Of a stretch of 64,000 nucleotides of DNA, positions 58,033-64,000 are shown one piece after another. The stretch spans positions 256,001-320,000 of the forward strand of contig CBFHOE010000002.1 in the NCBI GenBank assembly GCA_965657355.1, read 5' to 3'. The notes under the pieces are model-generated. The model ran no database searches. It was given only the letters and a program-made list of their open reading frames with translations, and was not told the DNA's origin. Source of the stretch: Limisphaerales bacterium (GTDB lineage Bacteria; Verrucomicrobiota; Verrucomicrobiia; Limisphaerales; JAJOIW01). Position numbers and translations under genes: made by a program. Numbering within the stretch: position 1 is the first letter of the stretch; the number at the start of each line of letters is the position of its first letter.

Positions 58033-61000
58033 TTAGATGTCTGCAAATGAGGCCGGCTGAAAGTCTTCGGCGTCCTCCCCTTCTGTGTAACCAACGGTAA
58101 TGTTAAGCCCTAATGACTGCATTTCTTTCACAAGGACGTTAAATGATTCTGGCACACCCGCGTCCAGAGAGTTGTCGCCTTTGACTATACTCTCGTATAT
58201 CCGAGTTCGTCCTTGGACGTCGTCAGATTTCACAGTGAGAAGCTCCTGCAAAGTGTAGGCGGCACCGTAGGCTTCCATTGCCCAGACTTCCATTTCTCCG
58301 AATCTCTGACCACCGTATTGGGCTTTACCTCCAAGGGGCTGCTGAGTAACCAATGAGTAAGGACCAACGGCCCTGGCATGAATTTTGTCGGCGACCAAGT
58401 GGCCTAACTTGATGATGTATTTGTATCCAACCACAGTTTCCTGTTCAAAAAACTCACCCGTGCGGCCATCGATGAGTTTTGTTTTACCATGTTCAGGTAA
58501 GCCCGCTTCTTTTAGAAATTCCCGGATCTTGCTTTCTGGAATACCGTCAAATACAGGTGTGGCGAAATACATACCCAGGGTAGATGCCGCCCACCCCAAG
58601 TGGGTTTCAAGCAGCTGCCCGACATTCATTCGAGATGGAACCCCTAGAGGGTTGAGGATGATATCGACTGGAGTCCCGTTTTCGAGGAAAGGCATGTCTT
58701 CTTCGGGAACGATTGTAGCTACGACACCTTTGTTACCGTGCCGCCCTGCCATTTTATCTCCAACAGAAAGTTTTCTTTTCGAAGCGATATAGACTTTGAC
58801 GGACTTAATGACTCCTGGGTCCACATCGTCGCCAGCCTCGAATCTCTCCATCTCGTCATCGAATTGCATTTGGAGGTCATCAAACTTTTTCTTAAAGCTA
58901 GAGATGATCTCATTTATTTTATTGCGAATAGGAGATGGATCTATCTCGATTCGATCATAAACGGCGCTAAGTTTACGCAGTAAAGTTTTAGTTATCTTCC
59001 TGTTTGCAGGAATTATGATTTCACCGGTTTCGGAATTGACAACGTCTAAAGGAATTTTTTCACCTAAGAGAATATTACTCAAGGCTTCGGTAAGTTGCTC
59101 CCTGAGTTCTTCGACCTTCCCTTTGTTTTCTTCCTCTATTTGCTTTGCTTGTTTTTTGGAATCAGATTTAGCAGTCCTAGCTCCAATACCTCTTTCTGAT
59201 TCTTTCTTTGAGGAAACTTTAACATCCATTATGATGCCATAAACTCCCGATGGCACCTTGAGAGAGGTATCTTTGACGTCGGCAGCCTTTTCACCAAAGA
59301 TCGCTCTCAGCAATCTTTCTTCAGGTGCAAGCTCAGTTTCGCTTTTAGGGGTGATTTTACCAACGAGGATATCCCCAGGTTTGACTTCTGCCCCCACACG
59401 GATGACGCCATCTGCACCCAGGTTTCTCAGTGCTTCCTCACCAAGGTTTGGAATGTCCCTTGTGATTTCTTCAGGGCCAAGTTTTGTGTCGCGCGCACCG
59501 ACCTCGTATTCGTCAATATGAATAGAAGTGTAGACGTCGTCTTTAACAATTCTCTGGCTGATTATTATGGCATCTTCAAAGTTGTAACCCTGCCAAGGCA
59601 TGTATGCAGCCAAAACGTTTCGCCCCAAGGCAAGCTCTCCGCCTTCGGTCGATGGACCGTCGGCAATAAGATCGCCTTTGTTAATTTTTTGTCCCTTTTC
59701 GACGACGACCTGCTGATTGATACAAGTCGCAGCGTTGGAACGCATAAATTTACGTATTTTATAAACATTAACGCCTTCTTTGGGGTTATGTTTTATGCGT
59801 CTTTTGGTTTCAGGAAGCTCACCATTATCGGTGATGATAACCTGACCTCCGGTCACAGATGCGACCGTCCCTTCGCACTCGGATAAAACAACAGCTCGAC
59901 TGTCACGTGCCACCTTCTTTTCGACGCCGGTAGCAACGTATGGAGCGTCGGTTACGAGTAAAGGAACAGCCTGGCGTTGCATGTTTGATCCCATTAATGC
60001 TCTGTTAGCATCATCATGCTCTAGGAAAGGAATCAAACTTGCTGCCACAGAAACCAGTTGTTTAGGTGAAACATCCATGTAGTCCACCTTTTCTTTTTCG
60101 ACGTCTATGAAATCCCCTTTGCGTCTGCACGTGACATAATCACTTGTGAAATTCCCTTTTTCGTCATGAGCCACGTTCGCCTGAGCGACGATAAAGTTCT
60201 CTTCGCGGTCCGCTGTGAGATATTCGATTTCATCAGAAACTCGCCCTTTAGTGACGACACGATAAGGAGTTTCAATAAATCCAAAGTCGTTGATGCGAGC
60301 GAAACTAGCCAATGATGCTATAAGCCCAATGTTAGGACCTTCAGGAGTTTCAATAGGACAAATTCTCCCGTAGTGAGACGGGTGAACGTCACGGACTTCA
60401 AAACCTGCTCTATCTCTTGAAAGACCTCCTGGCCCGAGAGCAGAGAGACGTCTTTTATGAGTTAACTCAGCCAGAGGGTTTATTTGGTCCATAAACTGAG
60501 ACAGCTGAGAGCGTCCAAAGAAATCTCGGATGACAGCAGACAGAGCTTTGGGGTTGATCAGCTTCTGCGGTGTCATTGTGTCAGTGGTCTGATCGAAGAG
60601 GGTCATTCTTTCTTTGACCAATCTTTCGGTACGGGCAAGACCCACACGGCACTGATTAGCCAATAATTCACCAACGGTTCTGACGCGCCGGCTGCCCAAG
60701 TGGTCGATGTCATCCAACATGCCGTCGCCCATCTTGAGCTTTAATAAATACTTGGTGGCTGCTACCAAATCTTCCCTGGCAAGAACACGGTGCTCCAAGC
60801 TCTGGTCGATGCCTAGCTTTTGATTTATTTTGTAGCGACCTACACGGCCAAGATCATATCTTTTTGGATCGAAAAAGAGTCGCTTGATAAGAGCTTTTGC
60901 GTTTGCGGGAGTTGGAGGGTCGCCCGGTCTTAAACGACGATAAATATCTTTGAGAGCCTCTTCTTCGTTGGACGTTGGGTCTTTCTTGAGACATTTTACA

Positions 61001-61875
61001 ATAATCCCATCATCAATAGTGGTATCTATAGCTTTTAGTTTTTTGATACCAAGGTCAGCTATCTGCTTGACAATAGCTTTTGATAGAGGTTCGAAGCCTC
61101 GTGCAATGACGGTGTCGTTGTCGGGATCAACAACGTCTTCGACGAGAACCATGGATCCTATCTCATCCATTTTTTGAAGGGCTGAGATTGAAAGGTCCTT
61201 TATATCGTAAAATTCTTTTAATATTTCCTCATCAGAGCCTGTTCCTTTTCCATCGAGAAATACAAGAGCTCTAAAAAATGTGGTTACGAGAAACTTTCTT
61301 CTGCGCTTTTTACGATCCAAATAGACGTAGAGCATGTCACTTGTATCGAATTGGGCTTCGAACCATGACCCTCTGTCAGGAATAATCCTGAAGCTGTGCA
61401 AAGTTTTTCCATTGGCATGAAGCGACGCTTCGAAGGCCAATCCTGGAGATCTGTGGAGCTGACTAACAATGACGCGCTCCGCGCCATTAATAACGAAAGT
61501 CCCCTGAGGAGTCATGAGTGGAAGCTCACCCATGAAGACCTTTTCTTCTTTGACTCCTGATTCGTCTTTGAGATGGAAGGTGACGTGGAGTGGAGCGCCG
61601 TATGTCAGGCCCTCGCGGAGGCACTCGAGCCAGTCATATTTGGGGTCACCAATTTCATAACTGTGGTAATCAAGAACGATCTTGCCATCGTAACTTTCCA
61701 CTGGGAAAACTTCGGCAAAGACTGCCTGAAGCCCCACATTTTGACGTTCTGAAACGGGGACTCCTTCTTGGATGAACTCATCATAGGATTTGAGTTGAAG
61801 TTCTATGAGGTTTGGCGGAGAAATGGTTTCCTGGATCTTAGCAAAGTTAACTCTTTCGTGGGTTCTTGATCGCAT
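58033..61875 (-). CDS. rpoB: RNA polymerase subunit beta
   Basis: [43 protein letters not shown]. Confidence 0.99.
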   Translation of the reverse strand: MRSRTHERVNFAKIQETISPPNLIELQLKSYDEFIQEGVPVSERQNVGLQAVFAEVFPVESYDGKIVLDYHSYEIGDPKYDWLECLREGLTYGAPLHVTFHLKDESGVKEEKVFMGELPLMTPQGTFVINGAERVIVSQLHRSPGLAFEASLHANGKTLHSFRIIPDRGSWFEAQFDTSDMLYVYLDRKKRRRKFLVTTFFRALVFLDGKGTGSDEEILKEFYDIKDLSISALQKMDEIGSMVLVEDVVDPDNDTVIARGFEPLSKAIVKQIADLGIKKLKAIDTTIDDGIIVKCLKKDPTSNEEEALKDIYRRLRPGDPPTPANAKALIKRLFFDPKRYDLGRVGRYKINQKLGIDQSLEHRVLAREDLVAATKYLLKLKMGDGMLDDIDHLGSRRVRTVGELLANQCRVGLARTERLVKERMTLFDQTTDTMTPQKLINPKALSAVIRDFFGRSQLSQFMDQINPLAELTHKRRLSALGPGGLSRDRAGFEVRDVHPSHYGRICPIETPEGPNIGLIASLASFARINDFGFIETPYRVVTKGRVSDEIEYLTADREENFIVAQANVAHDEKGNFTSDYVTCRRKGDFIDVEKEKVDYMDVSPKQLVSVAASLIPFLEHDDANRALMGSNMQRQAVPLLVTDAPYVATGVEKKVARDSRAVVLSECEGTVASVTGGQVIITDNGELPETKRRIKHNPKEGVNVYKIRKFMRSNAATCINQQVVVEKGQKINKGDLIADGPSTEGGELALGRNVLAAYMPWQGYNFEDAIIISQRIVKDDVYTSIHIDEYEVGARDTKLGPEEITRDIPNLGEEALRNLGADGVIRVGAEVKPGDILVGKITPKSETELAPEERLLRAIFGEKAADVKDTSLKVPSGVYGIIMDVKVSSKKESERGIGARTAKSDSKKQAKQIEEENKGKVEELREQLTEALSNILLGEKIPLDVVNSETGEIIIPANRKITKTLLRKLSAVYDRIEIDPSPIRNKINEIISSFKKKFDDLQMQFDDEMERFEAGDDVDPGVIKSVKVYIASKRKLSVGDKMAGRHGNKGVVATIVPEEDMPFLENGTPVDIILNPLGVPSRMNVGQLLETHLGWAASTLGMYFATPVFDGIPESKIREFLKEAGLPEHGKTKLIDGRTGEFFEQETVVGYKYIIKLGHLVADKIHARAVGPYSLVTQQPLGGKAQYGGQRFGEMEVWAMEAYGAAYTLQELLTVKSDDVQGRTRIYESIVKGDNSLDAGVPESFNVLVKEMQSLGLNITVGYTEGEDAEDFQPASFADI

Positions 61876-61930
61876 TAGGAAGATAAATTTATATTAGCCT
61901 GGTATTTATATCAAAAAAATTCAATAAAGC

Positions 61931-61958
61931 AAGTCCTCAGGGTTGAAACTGAGGACTT
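61931..61958 (-). promoter_or_regulatory. Strong hairpin in the rpoB leader
   Basis: Perfect 10-bp stem AAGTCCTCAG/CTGAGGACTT with 8-nt loop. Confidence 0.55.
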
Positions 61959-61971
61959 TTGTTAAAATTTG

Positions 61972-61997
61972 GAAAAAACACAAGCTTACAAGCTTGT
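61972..61997 (-). terminator. Terminator/attenuator between rplL and rpoB
   Basis: ACAAGCT-TACA-AGCTTGT followed on minus strand by GTTTTTT. Confidence 0.65.
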
Positions 61998-62029
61998 TCT
62001 GAAGCTGAGCAGAAGCCCAGCTGGGTCGA

Positions 62030-62413
62030 TTACTTAACTTCGACGGTTGCTCCAGCTTCCTCGAGCGCCTTTTTAGCTGCTTCAGCTTCATCTTTGGAAA
62101 CTGCTTCAAGGAGCGGTTTAGGAGCGCCTTCGACAAGAGCTTTAGCGTCGGCAAGACCGAGCCCAGATTTAATTCCACGGACTGCTTTGATACAAGCAAT
62201 CTTCTTATCCGCCGGAGCAGACGCGAGAATCACATCGAATTCAGTCTTTTCTTCAGCAGGTGCTGCGTCTCCGCCTCCACCAGCTGCCGCAGCAACGGCA
62301 ACAGGAGCAGCGGCTGTCACGCCCCACGCATCTTCCAGTTTCTTAACAAGTTCAGCTGCGTCTAATACGCTTAGCTGACCCAACTCTTCTACTATTTTAT
62401 CTAAGTCTGCCAT
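62030..62413 (-). CDS. rplL: 50S ribosomal protein L7/L12
   Basis: [38 protein letters not shown]. Confidence 0.99.
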   Translation of the reverse strand: MADLDKIVEELGQLSVLDAAELVKKLEDAWGVTAAAPVAVAAAAGGGGDAAPAEEKTEFDVILASAPADKKIACIKAVRGIKSGLGLADAKALVEGAPKPLLEAVSKDEAEAAKKALEEAGATVEVK

Positions 62414-62604
62414 TTTATTTATGGACGTTGCCCCAGTTGATCCCGGGAATTAAGCCTAAATTTAGGCCAACGAATTAACTTAAGGGTTTATGGTTATTTT
62501 GAATTACCGGGTTTCAGAAAAAGAAATCGCCGGTAAAAGTTTAAAATTTTGTGGTTCAACTGCTCTGGCGCAATGCACCGTCACAATAAGTTGCTGGGTT
62601 TTGG
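62414..62604 (-). ncRNA. Structured rplJ-rplL intercistronic RNA (candidate cis-regulatory element)
   Basis: Closing stem 62424-62440/62556-62582 enclosing hairpins 62454-62467 and 62504-62536. Confidence 0.5.
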
Positions 62605-63117
62605 TTATTCCCCTTTATCTGCTTTGGATTTAATAACCTGGGCAAGTTGAGTTCCCGGTGTTCCTATGATCCGAGCGAGGTTACCTGCTGGAGCTTGGAG
62701 AGCGCCAAGCAATTTGGCTCTTAGAACATCCAAGGACGGAAGATCTGCGATTGCGTTCACTTCGTTTGCTTCCAGCCTTTCCGAGTCGAGGTAACCAAAC
62801 TTAATTTCTGGCTTTTCGAATTCTGAGGCAAATGTTTTGACTACTTTCGCAGCTGCCGCAAATTCACCTTTACCAGTGACGACAGCGAGTTGGCCAGCCA
62901 TTTCATCTTTCAGGTCTTCGGCACCAACTTGGGCGGCTGTGACAGCGAAGATCTTATTTTTCACAACGTGAATCTCGGCATCAACTTCTCGAAGTTTATC
63001 ACGCAAGTCACCGAAAGGACCCATTTTTAATCCGTGATAGTCGGCAACAATGAAGAAAGGTGACGACTCGAGTCTCTCTAAATATTCTTGGCTTATGTAT
63101 TTCTTTTCTTCTCTCAT
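62605..63117 (-). CDS. rplJ: 50S ribosomal protein L10
   Basis: DYHGL, VVKNK, ADLPS..LRAKLLG.LQAP; position between rplA and rplL. Confidence 0.97.
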   Translation of the reverse strand: MREEKKYISQEYLERLESSPFFIVADYHGLKMGPFGDLRDKLREVDAEIHVVKNKIFAVTAAQVGAEDLKDEMAGQLAVVTGKGEFAAAAKVVKTFASEFEKPEIKFGYLDSERLEANEVNAIADLPSLDVLRAKLLGALQAPAGNLARIIGTPGTQLAQVIKSKADKGE

Positions 63118-63144
63118 TTTTTGGTCTGTTGAGGTTCTAGGGGA

Positions 63145-63861
63145 TTAGACAGCTGTGGTAGCAGCCTCTTTCAGATCTACCCTTACAGATGGACTCATTG
63201 TTCCGGAAAGTACGATACTTTTGATGTAAGTTCCTTTAACACCGGGCGGCTTTGCCTTTGCTAAAGTCGAAATCACCTGGCTGGCATTTTCGAGTATTTT
63301 TTCACTATCAAAAGAAACTTTGCCTACAGGTACGTGCAGATTTGAGCACTTATCGACTTTATATTCTATTCGGCCTGCTTTTAATTCATTAACAGCTTTA
63401 GCTGTGTCGTCAGTGACAGTGCCGGTTTTTGGGTTGGGCATGAGGCCTCTTGGACCAAGAACACGACCCAATTTTCTGACTTCAACCATGGCGTCAGGAG
63501 TTGCAACCGCAACATCGAAACCGACCCAACCGCCGGTCACTTTCTCAATGTATTCTTCAAATCCGACAAATTCAGCCCCAGCTTCTCTCGCTGCATCAGC
63601 CGATGGGCCTTCTTTTGAAAATACCAAGACTTTAACAGTTTTTCCGCTGCCGTGCGGCAAGGCCACTGTGCCTCTGACCATCTGGTCAGATTGTCTGGGA
63701 TCCACGCCTAATTGGAAGTGTAGATCAACAGTTTCATCGAATTTAGCCTTGGGAAAGTTTCCAAGGAGATCGACAGCTTCCTTGAGAGAATAGAGTTTTG
63801 TCTGATCTATTAACTCAAGCGCTTTCCTATATCTTTTGCTATGTTTTTTTTCTTTTGGCAT
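63145..63861 (-). CDS. rplA: 50S ribosomal protein L1
   Basis: AKFDETV, VRGTVALPHGSGK, LGPRGLMPNPKTGTVT. Confidence 0.99.
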   Translation of the reverse strand: MPKEKKHSKRYRKALELIDQTKLYSLKEAVDLLGNFPKAKFDETVDLHFQLGVDPRQSDQMVRGTVALPHGSGKTVKVLVFSKEGPSADAAREAGAEFVGFEEYIEKVTGGWVGFDVAVATPDAMVEVRKLGRVLGPRGLMPNPKTGTVTDDTAKAVNELKAGRIEYKVDKCSNLHVPVGKVSFDSEKILENASQVISTLAKAKPPGVKGTYIKSIVLSGTMSPSVRVDLKEAATTAV

Positions 63862-63866
63862 ATCTG

Positions 63867-63900
63867 AGCGGTGTTAACGGACGTTTTAGGCCCTCCCGAT
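63867..63900 (-). promoter_or_regulatory. L1-binding autoregulatory site between rplK and rplA
   Basis: mRNA sense CGG-GAG-GGC-cuaaaac-GUCC-GUUA-ACACCG, matching the GGGAG...CCGnnA asymmetric-loop L1 operator, just before the rplA ATG. Confidence 0.7.
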
Positions 63901-63938
63901 CTTGGGAAATTATATGGTGTTTTTAATTGAGAGCGAAA

Positions 63939-64000
63939 TTATCCTTCGACTTCAACCCCCATACTTCTGGCGGTGCCTGCGATGATGCGAATCGCCGCTT
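63939..64000 (-). CDS. rplK: 50S ribosomal protein L11, 3' end only
   Basis: Manual translation AAIRIIAGTARSMGVEVEG-stop. Confidence 0.97.
   Translation of the reverse strand, partial: AAIRIIAGTARSMGVEVEG

Noticed and set aside
53820..61875. Inteins, rpoB-rpoC fusion or rifampicin-resistance substitutions
   Set aside because: Normal lengths, separate stop and start codons, and key Rif-pocket residues (Q, D, H, S) retained
35323..64000. Many 60-190 aa antisense or alternate-frame ORFs in the ribosomal cluster (e.g. 55083-55646, 63320-63793, 61959-62378)
   Set aside because: Expected shadows of codon-biased conserved genes
1..64000. CRISPR arrays, tRNA/rRNA, IS elements, prophage or defence genes
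   Set aside because: No repeat-spacer arrays, cloverleaf motifs, transposase, integrase or defence-type ORFs seen by eye

Overview
Chromosomal window from a free-living, probably marine PVC-superphylum bacterium, most likely Verrucomicrobiota. That assignment is inferred from the str operon lacking tuf, the missing rpmD, N-terminal extensions on uS11 and EF-G, and the presence of a DWPxWRGP beta-propeller and a sulfatase. The right 29 kb (35.3-64 kb, minus strand) is a contiguous rplK-rplA-rplJ-rplL-rpoB-rpoC-rpsL-rpsG-fusA-S10-spc-alpha super-cluster, including rpmJ, which the ORF track missed. The left 35 kb mixes housekeeping genes (pnp, rpsO, tsaE, tsaB, queG, hrpA, xseA, ymdB-like, nhaA) with envelope and accessory genes. 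These include an ABC-2 system, an olsB/olsA-like aminolipid pair, a 2108-aa surface metalloprotease-adhesin, a sulfatase-SGNH fusion and a redoxin/heme-c/copper-monooxygenase fusion. I saw no mobile element, CRISPR array, tRNA or rRNA. The most notable items are: an unannotated 26-aa very basic ORF (2543-2623, minus) with its own promoter and terminator, sharing a bidirectional -10 with a SecDF-head-like lipoprotein; the PHM-like fused monooxygenase; a 191-nt structured RNA between rplJ and rplL; a LITAF-like zinc micro-protein; and several candidate cis-regulatory RNAs. All calls come from reading motifs by eye; no database searches were run.
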